From Marsupella aquatica (taxonomy: Eukaryota > Plantae > Marchantiophyta): a DNA stretch of 64,000 nt. Location of the stretch: contig OZ316894.1 in assembly GCA_973895155.1 (NCBI GenBank), forward strand, positions 3,496,944 through 3,560,943, written 5' to 3'. The notes under the pieces are model-generated. The model was given only the letters and a program-made list of their open reading frames with translations. It made no database searches and was not told the DNA's origin. Each line of letters begins with the position of its first letter. Positions within the stretch are counted from its first letter, which is position 1. The translations under genes were made by a program, and so were the position numbers. Below, piece by piece: positions 12,661 to 25,951 of the stretch.

Positions 12661-12819
12661 GAGAGATATACTTGATGGACCCCTAAATTGAAATGTCTTA
12701 TTTAATAAGCTCCATGAGCTTTTGGGTACATTGATTTGAGATCTATCAATGGTCTGGATCAGTCATGGGTCCATCAAGAAACATTTTGCATTTTGGGGGT
12801 CCATCAAGTAAAATGTCTC
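12661..12819. mobile_element. Short Mutator-like MITE
   Basis: Inverted ends are GAGAGATATACTTGATGGACCCC and GGGGTCCATCAAGTAAAATGTCTC. The flanks TAAGAAATTT and TAAGAATTT form a near-perfect 9-10 bp TSD. Confidence 0.7.
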
Positions 12820-14793
12820 TAAGAATTTGCTTTGTCAGTCTCCTCTTGACAACACTAGCTTCTTCCCCTAGACAACACTAGCTTCTTCCCCCAAAGAGAG
12901 GGTTTGAGTAGTCATCACTACCCTCTTCCCTGAAACAGAGCTTGCAAATAGTGGGCCATGGGGCAGCCTATGTGAATAGTGCGCACGGGGAGGTGTATTC
13001 AAGATTTCACTCTGTTTTTGTAGGATACTCCTTGACTTGTTGGGCCTCTTTTTTTTGCTCTATTTTTTATACTTCTTGACTTGTTGGGCCTCTTTGGCCT
13101 TCTTGGGGTCTTTCCTTTCCCCCCTTTATTGGGTTCCTTTGCCTTTGGGATCATGTCCCCCTGTTTGGTGATCATGTCTTTCTGGCAGTGTGATATATCC
13201 TTGCACAATGTTGTGTTTGAAAATGGGCATTCTGTTCAAATATAGGCTTTGTCACATGCTTCATAAATTTTGCATCTTTGAAGCTCAGTGTAGAATAGTT
13301 TAGGGTCAAAACTCAAATACAGTGCCTGGGCGTTGTGTCAAATAGATGTTGTGTTTGAGTTCAAAGTTTTTTTTTGTCACCTGACCGTGGCCTTGAGTTC
13401 AGGGAAGACAGTAGCTTGGTGAGGCAAAGTTTTGCATTCTTCTCCATAAATTCCCTGAAAATTGCAATCAGAAAAATGTCTAAGGGCATCCAACACTATA
13501 ATATTCAATCCCACCCTTTTCTAGAAGTAGTCTGCTTCCAAAAGCAGATTTGGACGGGATTCAACCTCAGCCTTTTGATATAAAGGGCATTTTTTCCTTA
13601 CCTTTAGATCACCCCAAATTGACCTCCCAATTTGCTTATTGCCCACAGTGCTTTGTTCCCTACAGCCTGGCTCACAGTGCTGTGAGGCAGCCTGTGCCCA
13701 GCTACCTCAACCCCAAGGCAAGGAAGGTACCTCGTAAATACTGACTTTTCAATGTATGCAATATTTAAATTAAAAAATGAAAAACAAGAGAATCATATTT
13801 TGCAACAATGATGCTCCCATGGATTGTGACACCTTTTTGCAAAAATCTTTGGGAGCATTTTGACAAACCTAGAGGTCTATCCGGGCTCATTTTGCTAGTT
13901 TTCATAGGCAATTGATTGATTTTGAATTTCTAAAGATCATTTCATCACTCAGTGTGCACACTCTGCACTTCCAAAAGTTTTTGAGCAACTAACTTTCACA
14001 TTCACTATCACCTTCAATATCTTATGGAATTTGATTTGTTTGGGCCATGCCACTTAGAAATCACTTGGAAATATCTTCCCAATGAGCTTAATTTGGTCAA
14101 ATTTCATGGAGAATTGAGAGACCTACAAAATAATGAATATGATTGTTTTGTTCTCTTATTACATTTTAATCTATAGTGTAATATGTACTACTAGCCCAAT
14201 GCCAATGCATCGCACAGTGCTATCATCCGTAAGTGATGATTAACAAAGCTGTTATAGAGCATAAGTCACATGACCAGGCATTGTACATTGTGGGGAGTTT
14301 ACAAGTCAATCTGACAACTGGCTTTCAAGGAGCATGCAAGCTACAAGGCGAGTGATGGGTAGGTGTGGAAAAAATGTGCAATGACATCTTTAGTTTGTTC
14401 CATTTCATGATTAGGTGTTAAGGTAATCCAATGGCCAGTAGGCTTCCCACAAGAAAGATACTTTGTACACAAATTATGAGACAAAAAAGAGGAGTATTGC
14501 ATATTATTGTACCTAGATATGAGCACATAATAGGTTTTGGCAAATGTGGAAGTCTATCCTATCCTTCCTAGAGTAGAGGTAGTTGGTTTTAAGTTGCTTC
14601 CTGTGACCCTCCTAGTGTGTATAAGTCCTGAGCTCTACCAGACTTTTCAATTCTCTATCCAGAGTGCTAGTCTTCTAAGCTATTTAGAGGGTTCTTTGTT
14701 TTTTTTTCCTTTGTTGCTGTGGGGGACCCCTTGACTTGTTCAACCTCTTGTTACTTTTGGGGCCTTCTCCCCTTCCCTGGCCCTCCCTTTATT

Positions 14794-16085
14794 AGGGCGT
14801 CTCAGACCTGCGGCCGTCCCAAAAGTTTCGGGAAACCACATATGGCCTTAACTCCAGTTACGGCCACATGAAACGGGTTTGGACCAGAGAGGGGAGCCGG
14901 GGTTTGATCCGTCCCATGAGGCACCTGTTGCGGGAAGCGGCCTACTCAAAGCTGGCTCTCATGCTCCAAAACGTCCGTGACGGCAAGGCAGGAAAGTGTC
15001 CACGATAGCTCGCGAGAGATTGTCGGCGTTTGAATTCGTATTCTGGGCATAATTGTTGTGTCATTTTTGCCACTTATCGAATCACGAGGTCCTGAACATG
15101 GCGCCCACAAAATTCAAACATGGAGAGGAGGCTCAGGTGCGCGATGAACTGATAAGAGGATTGTGCAGATTGGGCATCCCATTGCTCATTCTGCCAGAAA
15201 CGGTGAAGTGTGAATTGAAGGGACAGTCGGTAGCCAATCTTGATTCTTTCACTCCCTGTGTATGGACAAGTGAAGTTGCTGCTAATCTCCCCAAAATCAG
15301 TTCTACTTGGCTCGGTGCAGCGACAACCAACGTCGGTTCTGAACTCCCCAGAGTTGCTGTCACTAGCAAACTTCTCCACACAAACATGGCTCCAAGGAAT
15401 GTTGCAAGCGGTGCTGGCATGAGTGGCGCTGGAGGTGGGGAGAAATTCAGGCTGAAGTACTCTGACTACGGATTGATCGTTGATTGGCTGGAGAATCCAT
15501 ATAACTTCAACCTCATCCATGGTGGCAGAAAGACAAAAATCCAGGGCTGTCCCATGAGCAGGGCTACCGTTTTCAAACAAATGCTTGTTGTCTTGCAGGC
15601 ACATAACTTCCCAAGGAACATCAGCGGGCCTAATCTCAGCAAAAGATTTGCAAGGTATGTTGCCAAGTACAAAGAGGCTCGTGAATTGAAAATGTCGAGT
15701 GGGGGTGGACTAACAGAGGATGATTTTGTGTCTGGCCTGACTCTGGAGGACAAGCTAGAGAGGATGTGTCCTCATTTCAAGAGGATGCATGCTCTGTTTG
15801 GAAGCCGGCCTAATGTAGCACCTCGAGGTACTGGAGATTTTGGGATAGACGAGGACGAATTCACAAGTTTTGATCCACATGAAGATGGATCTAACCCACC
15901 AGATGCTGCAGCTGTTCCTCACTCGCCCACAATCATCCTCACTGGTACAATGTCTATGGTAGTTTCGCAATTACTATGGTGTTTTTTTCGATTGAAATAG
16001 CTTGATTCAATCATAATTATATTGCTCACACATAGTTATGTTTTATTCAATGTAGAAGGACCGGCAGGTGTCGAGGATGGATTGG
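14794..16085 (+). mobile_element. Truncated PIF/Harbinger-like DNA transposon (left TIR plus Myb/SANT-like ORF; transposase gene and right end absent)
   Basis: ATT|AGGGCGTCTCAGAC at 14794 matches the MITE TIRs at 3965 and 59391. It is followed by a Myb/SANT-like ORF that breaks off into repeat DNA at ~16085. Confidence 0.6.
15386..16000 (+). CDS. Transposon-associated Myb/SANT-like DNA-binding protein (Harbinger ORF1-like), probably truncated
   Basis: Lies within ORF 15053-16000: LIVDWLENPYNF...NLSKRFARYVAKYKEAR...SGGGLTEDD...LEDKLERMCPHFKRMHALFGSRPNV. Likely ATG is at 15386. A possible intron runs ~15945-16055 and is followed only by a short exon. Confidence 0.6.
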   Translation: MAPRNVASGAGMSGAGGGEKFRLKYSDYGLIVDWLENPYNFNLIHGGRKTKIQGCPMSRATVFKQMLVVLQAHNFPRNISGPNLSKRFARYVAKYKEARELKMSSGGGLTEDDFVSGLTLEDKLERMCPHFKRMHALFGSRPNVAPRGTGDFGIDEDEFTSFDPHEDGSNPPDAAAVPHSPTIILTGTMSMVVSQLLWCFFRLK

Positions 16086-16276
16086 GTTGCTTTGCATTTG
16101 GGACCTGTTTCCCTTGTTTGGCTTTTTTGCCCTTTGGCACTCTTTTATATCATTCCTACTAGGGTTATTTGTTTGTGCAAACCGGGATGGCACTGTAGTT
16201 TTGGGACAGGTTAGGGGTGAACTTGCACTAAGGAATCTGGCGGGCCCGTGAGACGAGAGCAGCGCCGAAAGAGTGG

Positions 16277-19200
16277 CCCTAACTTTGGAGGTGCTCTGAA
16301 ACGACTATGATTGAGAGCCTCTCGTACAAAACCTGTTACGCTACACGTCAGTAGAAGTTACAGTGTCATCCGGTCGCTTTATTCATTGGGGATCTCCGAC
16401 TGTACCGCCGGTCAGCCAGTCAGGTCAGATGCTCTGCAAGCTGTACAGTACCGGTAATGTAGAGTACGGTATACTTGCAGGCAGGACAGCAAGGGTGATG
16501 ACATGATGATGCTGATGGCAGGTCCGCTTCTGCCATCCCACGAGGTTGATATCGACCATCCCCCCATTGTCAAATACTTCTATATCAGTGTTTAGGTAAT
16601 ACCATCCAACGGTTTGTATGCATGCATGCGTTTCTCGTCATGTCCTGTACTACCGTCCAAAATACATTACGTGTTTTTACCGTTTATTCTCCTAAGAACT
16701 AGAATTAAGGTAGTCTCCCTACACAGTACTATTAATTGTGTTGTCTCCGTCGGTGCAACAAATAAAGAATTACTAGAATTTTGAGCCCGTTAATAAAATA
16801 TTCCGGGGGTCTATGTGAAATCAATCGAGACAGATATAAATTCTAAGGACATTCTGAGCTGCCGGATGTCAACACTGATTTATCAGTGTAGAAAGCTTTT
16901 GAAAATCGGAAAATTGCATTAAAATAATAATATTATGATATTTTATTATTCCTTAGAATAATAATGAATATTTTATGCAGGTCATCCGCTACGCCGGAAT
17001 AAAAATACATTACTGTAGAAGACAGTGTTCACAATAAGCTTACTTTGTACCTTTCGTAGTACAACAAATCCGCGACCCGGAATAAAATCATATTACTGTA
17101 GAAGATAGAAGTTTAGTTTTGTACCTTTCGTAGTACAACAAAACGCTTTAGAAATATTAGGAAACAAGTTAATCTACGATGTGGTTTCTCTCATAACCTA
17201 CTATTATATAACTGTTTTGTCTTGAGAAACCTCAATGAACGTGCCCTTGTACGAGGCGTTTCTGGCAAAGGTAGCCTTTAGAAATGGTACCCAGCCACGG
17301 AGATCTTCAGATTGGGGCCTATCGTAGAATAATCCCGTCTGTAAAGTAAACCATATTTTAATGGATGGTGAGAACTATGGATTCTAGATTGGTTTATATC
17401 TCAACTGCTCATATCCAACGAGGACAGGTGTATAGATCTTTCCAAACTTCATGATATGAGGTATCCATGTATTGTAGATAAATGATGGGCGGTGATACAC
17501 ATTCTTTAAATATTATAACCATGAATGCTAAATAATTCATTGCAACGGTCAAGAACAGACAACGTTAAAATACTCGTCTTTTTGGACACGCGACAGCGTT
17601 TGACTTTCTAAATGTTCAGTCTGTTAGTGATAATTGATTTTATTTTTTTGCTTTTTGCTTTTTTCAAACTAGAATCATGAGAGACCCCCTTATTCTTTTA
17701 CAAACTTAAAATTTCACAAGATCTAATGACCCCCTTCAACTTTGAAATTAGGCAAGTTTGCATCAAGTATGTGTCGTTCCCACACTGGACTCTAAGCACG
17801 GGTTAACGAATACCAAAAACTACATAACTAGATTTAAATCTATTATTGAGTATCAAAACACAAATTTATTACAAAACAATTGATCTTGTACCTTTTGATT
17901 CAGAATGCACAAAAATGTGAATAGGGGAGATCCAATATTCCTTATCATAAGCATACATTAGAATCTCTATTTTCAATCCCAAGGACTTATAGTTGTAGCC
18001 ATAAGTTTAAATTTATTTCAGAATTTGAATTATAATTTTCATAATAATTCTCATTTCAAATCAATTCATCCATTATAATAGAATAGATGGATATCCTTTA
18101 CTGTGTTACAAGAAAAATAGGGATGATGTTCCAGGATGGGCCAAGTTTATTACCTCACTAAAGTCCCATTATGTTTCTTGCAGCTTGGTGTGCTAAGGAG
18201 TTGTGCTCCCTCTACTCTATTTAACCCTTGACTAACTACTGTAGTGTCCTCATAGCAGTTATTTTATAATCTTCCATATATATATCAGCCTACTTTGCTT
18301 GTTATCCTTGGGACGCTTCATCTAGGACGGATTCACTGTAGAATAAAAACTGAACGACATTTACTGTAGTCCCTCCCTAACTGCAAAATCCAGAAGTGCA
18401 GTACCTGGCTAACTGCCAGGCATCCCAATTTTCACTTCTTTTCAAGGAGTTTGAAATTTTTCTAAGTGGAAAATGTGCCCAAAAACTTTGTCAGGGTGAC
18501 AACTACAGAAATGCAAACCCTTGATAAGTGTACATGAACATTTATCCATAAGGGAAAAATTCCATTGACTTACACTTATTGATGAGTGCATGGCCTTTTT
18601 CAATAGAGCAAAATTTGCACTTATGGGGTAGGGGATAATCTTGTTTTGGACTGAGATGTACAGTTTACTAAGGGTGGGAGTCACAAGAAAGTCCACAACA
18701 AGAAGGGCCCATCTCACATCGAGGCACTATAGCTCTTACTGATAAATGCACAGCTCCATACTTTTGCACTTATCATGTGGTCCACACCCACCTTAGGTGC
18801 AGATGCTTCTTCCTGGGAGTGTGCACTTAGAGAGAGACAATGTCCATGATATGTAACTCAAATTTGGATGACACATAGAACCCATTTAGACAATGAAATG
18901 GGTTTGCCTGAGCAAAACAAAGTCTGGCCTGTTCCACATTAATGGCTAGAATTGCATCACAAGCATAAGAAAATGGGCTTATGACTTCTTGTAAAGCCCC
19001 CCTCAGACATATAGGTTACAGTGGCCTCTCTTTGGGCATACTTCCAGGAAGAAGCTTCTAGTGTGCACTAAAGGGTTTGTGTCACATGATGAGTGCAAAC
19101 CAGTAGCATTATGCACTTATAGATAAAAGTGTATTGATAAAAGTGCATGGGTCTTTGTTAATTGTGCAATTATACTCAGTCAAAAAACAGTCCTGTTTAT

Positions 19201-22200
19201 TGACCTGAGGAACAGACAACGGACCACCCCCTCGTGCAGCCATGGTCGACACTTTATTGGAAAGCTCGCAGGGGCGGGGCAGGGAGGGCCATTTGGGCAG
19301 GACTACATTCGAGGCCACCCTAATTTCCAAAATATGCGGTCATCGAGGTTTGCACTAGATGACAGATGAATTTCCTCGGAAAGAGGATTTCTTATATGCG
19401 TCATTTATCTCCCGTCGATTCCTTTAATTGACGGTAGGATTCAAGGAAACGAAGACTTATTAAAACGTACAGGTTATTAAAACGTCTGTCCTGGCGTTAC
19501 ATGGTCTGCCCGAGATAAGGTGTTTCCTTTTCGGCCAGGGTGGCAAACGTCACCTGGTGCGAATGAGAAGGTGCAAAGCAATGATCATTATCCACTTTCC
19601 CAGATTAATTTGTGACCATTAGATCTCTGGGTCTGTGGCTTGGTGGATAACTTACTAGACAATCCAACACAAACTGCCAGACCAATGTTAGCAAACAATT
19701 TTAACACTTTTTAGTGGTTGAATTTGACAAGTTTTTAACACTACAAAATGCTAGCTTGGAGAGTGGAGCACAGTGGCTGGGTAGATGTAGCGTGTGACCA
19801 ACCAGGGAAAAAAATACTCACAGCAGTAATTTGTTTTCAGGAGAAAAAAACCCTAAATATGCACACTTCACTGGCAAACTGAGTCCCTAGCCAAAACCTG
19901 GTTTTGCAATCTCTTTAACTTTTGTGTCATTTTTTAGTACAACCAAATTTTGGGACTCCTGTTTTGGGTTACTCACTAGCCACATGGAGTCTTAACAATC
20001 CACTACAAATACAAAATTTAGGGAAAATCAGACTCTAACCCTGTGACTCATACAATACTCTCTTCGCCATCAAAATCAAAAGACCAGATTGAGAGTCAAA
20101 TCTTCATTTTATACAAAGAGATCTGAGGGCTAAAGTGTTGGTTCTCATCAAGGGCATGCTTTGAGGTAGGTATAATATGATGAAAAAAATAAATTTGGGT
20201 GGCATTGAGGCGACAATGGAGACAAGAGGACGACGGCAGGCTGGCCCACCTGGGAAATATCTTGGGAGTGATCCTTATAACAAGTTAAGAGCAAGATCCG
20301 TTCCAGGTTTGACACAGTGTACTGCTGTATACGAAGTCTTCCCTAAACTTTTCGATTCTTTCCCCTCATAATGGTTCTCCCTCAGCTCAGAACCTACTTT
20401 TCCAAATTAGCTGGTTACAATATCATTTCAGGAAAATGCATTTCGTCTCATCTCCACTCTCTACCCACGATTTTACTTCGTTTTCCACCTTTTCTTCTCT
20501 ACCTGTAGGACTCTTTTGTTCGTTGACAATGTTATCTAACCCTCTGCCCATGACACACATCTCAATATATTACAAACATTTTTCTTAGTGGTGGAATTTA
20601 GATGTGCTGGGTGGGGAAACGTGCAATACTTGCTGGAGAGAAAGTGAGAATAGAACTTCAAACTCAATCATAGGATGTCAAATACATTATCTACCAACGT
20701 AGCAGGAGCTAATGGAGAAATGTGAACAGAAATGGAAGACAATGCAAGGAGCACATGATGAATAAAAAATGCACCACTATGCTACTGTGTGAATAATCTT
20801 GGATATCTTGCCTCTCATGCTACTGGTTGACCTGGCTCGAATGAAATCAACACATTCCCACTAGCATGATGTTTGCCATGAATGAAAGAAACAAATGCTG
20901 TGTTCTTGGCACCGTTAGAAAGAGGAGTAGAGGCCCTTTCAACAAGCCCATATGCAAAAGGTTTGAGTGAGAGAAAAGGATGGAATCTGAATGGCAAGCT
21001 GGCAAGAAAATCCAGAACTAATCAGTCTGACCAAGACTTTTTATTCTTTCCTTTACTTCCAAGAGAATGAAAGACGGGGACTTCCTTGCACCACTACATG
21101 TGGACCATGAGATCATCACATTACTGGAATGAGATATTTTTATTTCTACTTTTTTTGGGAGGTCTGGGGTTTGCTTTTGCTCTTTGTACTTTGCTTACCC
21201 CTCTTTTCGTAACTAGGTTCATATTGTACTTTGTTTATCCTTTTTTGATAAATAGGTTCATTTCTTCTGTTGGTGATAGAGGCAAGTGCCAAAATGAAAA
21301 CAGTTGTACCTACTAGGAAGTGTTCCTCTCACATGTGTGTTCCTCTAAGCACTGTTCTTATAACCAGAACACACCATCGGCTTACAGTACTATAAGTACG
21401 GTAGACTTTATACCATAGTGTCGTGTCATCCCGGCTTGCACAAGATCTGTGCAAAAACAATCATTGATTATTTTTTATTCCAGAGATAACTCCTGTTTTT
21501 AGTTTTAACTCTAGAAACAATGTATACGCTGAAAAGTCATTGTTTCCACCGAGAAACTTAGAATATTTTATACCACAGAATTCTTTCAAGGTTTCACAAG
21601 GATCCCATAATATTTTGTTATTCCAATTAAAACTTATCCTAATAATTATTATTTATGATGCACGTGGGTCTAGAGTATTGTATGTACAGGAGTGTTTATA
21701 GTGTATGTTTCCGTGAAGTGACAAGACCCGAGTACCCAACCCGACTGAAGTAAGGTGTCCCGGCGCTGGGGTGGTTGTTGAAGCACACGGAGACAAGACA
21801 TGAGTACCCAACCCGACTGAAGTAAGGTTTCCCGGCGCTTGGGAGGTTGTTGAAGCACACGGAGACATATTTGGTGGGAGGAAAGATCCCCTTGCCAAAG
21901 CCACAACCAGCAAACAGAACAGGCCGGGAAAAATCCATTTAGGACCCTATTGAGGCCGGTCTTGTGCTCATGTGGTCATTGTGCTATTGCCTTTTGCACC
22001 TTGCTTTAGCACAGTGGATTGAGTTCAGATTAATTGGTGTTTCCTTTTCTTCCTATGTGGCAAATGTTAGTTGGGAGAAGATGATAGAACGCTCCATATC
22101 TAATTTTCTACATTAATTTCTAACCTTGAGATCTCCCTAGATGTTAGAGTCACATTTCTTTTGCGCATTGGATAAATTTCATCTTAATTTGTAAGGCGTT

Positions 22201-24842
22201 TAGGTTTTGGCCCAGTGTGGTGAATGTTAGCTGGTGTGAAGGAGAACATGTTACAAATGTCCTTTATTTTATTTCTTACATAATATCTGACAGTCAGATC
22301 TCCTGAGATTTTAAGGATGATCATTATGTTCTGGCTGGTGGGGTCTTGGGCTAGGTGCGGCTAACTGGGAAAGTGGCTACGGAAGTAGAGAAAATCTAAC
22401 TAGTTTTACTCAAAAAGTGGCTAATGTTTTTTGAGAGAGGTGGAATCTAGTGAATTTTTACCAGTGAAAAGAATGCTGGGCTTGGGTTGCCACCAAATGT
22501 TTCCTTTTGTATTGTGGGCAGTAGTCATCTAATATAATTAATTTCAAAAACTAGCTTTGTGGATGAAATAATTAATTAAAAAAATCTGGCACTCAGCGCG
22601 TGCTTTCAAGGTTTCAGATCCCTCAGCCAGGGAAGTTATACAGGGCATTTCACGAAATTTAGAAGGGATTGATATCCAGATGCGACAGCCCAAAAAACTA
22701 TACACAGGGGAAAATGCTCTACAACACCGTTTTTTCCATTGCAGTAGGTTGTGAACACATGGTTTGCTCAGGTGGAAGCAAAAACCAGGAAAACTTCTCT
22801 CACAAAACATTTTGGCTGGGGAAACTTATGCCATTGGGAAATAAATTTAATCATTTTTTACTGGCATTGTTTCTCCAGGGTGAGGTTGCACTTATGAGGT
22901 AGTAGCTAACCTTTAGGGCTGTACAGATCAGGAAGGAAGTCATGATAATATCATCTGACAGACGGCCCATTGCACATCAAGACCTGTGTGTAGCTTGTGA
23001 TAGTTATCGTGGATACTCAGTAGCATTTGGAATGTACATGTGATGTTTAAATCCCTATTGCTCTGATTCACTTGTGGAGCGTAACTGCCACTATCAACAC
23101 ACCCTGGCTGGCAACATATACTCTATATGAGATACCCCAATAATTGCACATTATACAAAGAGATCTAAGTCATACTCTCTTATCAATAAATGGAAAGTCC
23201 AAGTTTTTACACTTATGTCACAATGCAAACTCTAGTTAAGTGCAAACCTTATGCTCCTTCTACTTCTACTTTATTCTTGGCCTGAAAATTGTATCTAAAA
23301 TTGGATAACCCTCAAGATGAGCCAGCCAAGCCCCAGGCCAGACTGGCAGGCGGTAATGGCTCGATGCCATCCATAGAAAAATACAAAAATATATATATAC
23401 ACAAGACAAAGAGGTTCACTGTGGTGTGCACTTACCGAGAGATGCCTGTAGAGAGTTCTCGTCCCGGTGGTGGTGCGTCCGTCTCGTCACCGTCTCGCTG
23501 GTTCCGCCGGTACCGTGGTCGTGGTGGAGGCAAAAGTGGCCCGTTCTGTAGTCGCCCTCCTTAGATTGTTGCGTTGTTTCGCCTCGCCTCGCCTCGCCTC
23601 GCCTCGCCTCGCCCTCGCCCTCGCCTGCATGCGGGACGGGAGGGGAGTGAGGGAGGGGAGGGAGGGGGGTGAGGGAGGCGAGGGAAGGGAGTGAGGGAGG
23701 GGAGAGGGGGAGGGGAGGGGATGGCCCGGCCCTGCCTGTCACCACCTGTCTCTTGTCTTGCCTGCCTGCCTGGCTGCTCTCGCTTCGTGTGGCCTGCTTG
23801 ATTCACGCACGCGGATGCTCGCCGGTGCGTCTTCGTTCCTCGCGTGGCTCTACGAGGCTACGATGGACTACTGCTGCTGCAGTGCTACTGCTGCTGATGT
23901 TGGTGCTGGGTGACGCTGACGAGCGAGAGGCAGGGGTTGGTTGTGGAAATTGTGTTGTGTTGTGTAGTGAGGGACGACGAAACGCGGAAGGAAGCGAAGG
24001 TCGCTTGGCTTGGCTCGACTCGACTCCGCTCGGCTCTGCTCGGCTCGGCTCGGCTCGGCTCGTTCGCTGGCCCGGTTACCGGAGAGACGGAGAGAGAGAG
24101 GAGGGAGGGCGAAGAAGCCAACGAACGTTTTAGTCAAGCGAAATCAGAGATCATCCACTTCGGAAAAGGTCGGGGGAGAGGAGGAGGATTAGTCGAAGAC
24201 CGGGGCCTGTCGAGATCGCTCGCTCGGTAGTTGTGAGTGAGGGAGTGGATGAAGGATACGGGGGACTGTTTCTTTGAACGCGATCGAGTGGGCAGGGGCG
24301 AAGAAGCCGATTCACCACTGGAGCGAGGTTCGGGACTTGTGTTGGGGGCGGCGGAGGATTGAACGGAGGGATGATAGCGGGGCTCTTTCATTGAACGCCG
24401 CGGAGTGGCTATGGGGGAAGGGGACGAATAGGAGGAGAGGTTGAGGTCTTCCGGTATTGGTGAGTGACGGAAAGTTTGGAAAGCATCATTATTGGCAGCG
24501 GTGAAGAGGTCATCAGAGCAGGGATGTGAAAGTGGAAGCACGGTAGCAGCGAACAAAAGGTGGTGGACGTTGCGCGAGAGGGGGAGTGATCAGGTCATCG
24601 GGGGTTTGAAGATTGTGGTATTCTTGCATTAGGACAGCAACGACATATGAACTGTCTGGAAGAACGACTGCCTCGGGACATGTGCGACTTCCTTCCTCTC
24701 GCTTTACCACTCCTGCCCTCCCCTGTCCTTCTGGCTCGCCTCTGATGCTTGGGTCTGTGTCGCTTGTTGATTGTGAAGCTCGATGGAGTGGGACGGCGTA
24801 GGGGGTGCAGTAGTTAGGTGTGCGAAGGAGAGGTCACTCAAT
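16277..24842. repeat. Large composite dispersed repeat, copy 2 (with extra insertions)
   Basis: Same blocks in the same order and orientation as 257-5773. Both copies end in GTGTGCGAAGGAGA(A/G)GTCACTCAAT. Extra DNA lies at ~17250-21320 and ~24285-24750. Confidence 0.8.
23579..24062. repeat. (CCTCG)n, G/A-rich and (CTCGG)n microsatellite cluster
   Basis: Pentamer runs lie at 23579-23625 and 24003-24062, and a GGAG-rich tract lies at 23633-23722. Confidence 0.85.
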
Positions 24843-25951
24843 GTGTCTCGTCATCCAAAGGGGTGGTATAGCTGGGCCAAGAAATTAGGTTTGGGGCCTG
24901 CAGTAGAAGTCTCAATGACCATATACTTCGCTTCATTTTCTTGACTGTGGATAATGCCCCTCTCCTTCTCTCCCTTGTGATCGTGTTCTTGCCGAAGACC
25001 AGGGGAGGCCACACTCAAGGCGTATACCCCGCTGTGGAAACAATCAGACAGATAGTAGGCCATTTTTCTTGGCATACGTTGGGTTTTTTTCGCGTGCTGC
25101 GATGTCTGTATATGTCCACATACTCACTTGTTTTCAGTTGGCCGCTATGTTCAGGCAATCGTATTTGCTCTTCTCGATGTTGTGAGTAGGATAATTCATA
25201 ACTTTATCATTTTGATGCCGTCCAGTTATCGTTTCTGCCTTTCTATCTGATTGCCTTTTGCTATGACTAGGCTCTGTCTTCTCTCTTACTGCCCTCAGCA
25301 GTCGATGGTCTTATTTGTGAGTTACGTCTGGATTCTTGTTATATCACCGACTACATGTTGTGTTGGACACCTGCCTGCCATAGATCCTTTCTGCGTTTCT
25401 GCTGTTCAGCATTTCTGTCTGGAACTGACAATGATTCGATAATACGTTCAGGATATGAATGACGACCTAGGGAACCGGCTTGCGTCTATAGTAGTACAGC
25501 TAAGGAAACGGAGGAAGATGAGCCGTGCTGACGAGGAGGCTTGGTATTGGATACAAATAAGGCAGCCATGCGTAACCGGCGCATCAAAAGTACGGTAGAG
25601 TTGAAAGATCCCGCTCTATATTACCACAGGCTTTCTTTGCTTCGGGGATTGAGAACATGAGGAGAAGGACGTATTAGTTAGTAAGGTGGGAGCGGAAAGC
25701 ACACCCAGACGACATGTGTGTGATGACACAGCGCCTTTCTGGAGGAGGGGCGTGGTTGCAAATGCAAGAGAATATGCTGTGATCTTGAACCAGAGTGGTT
25801 ATCGGGGGTCGTCGAGATTGAGAATTTGATGCAGCAGGCGGAGGCACGGGCTGTGGTTGGTACAATTTGATAAGCAGGAAATTTGGTGAGGCGATAATAT
25901 ACGATTTGTTCTCGGCATCTGCTACGGGGATCCCCAGTGAATGAAAGGCCA

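Noticed and set aside
15053-15385. N-terminal 111 codons of the 315-aa ORF
   Set aside because: This part starts at TTG and has no recognisable motif. ATG 15386 better marks the start of the Myb-like protein.
23289-24801. Dense overlapping ORFs, and likewise at 5155-5609
   Set aside because: They are by-products of GC-rich microsatellite DNA, and the reading frames are not conserved between the two repeat copies.
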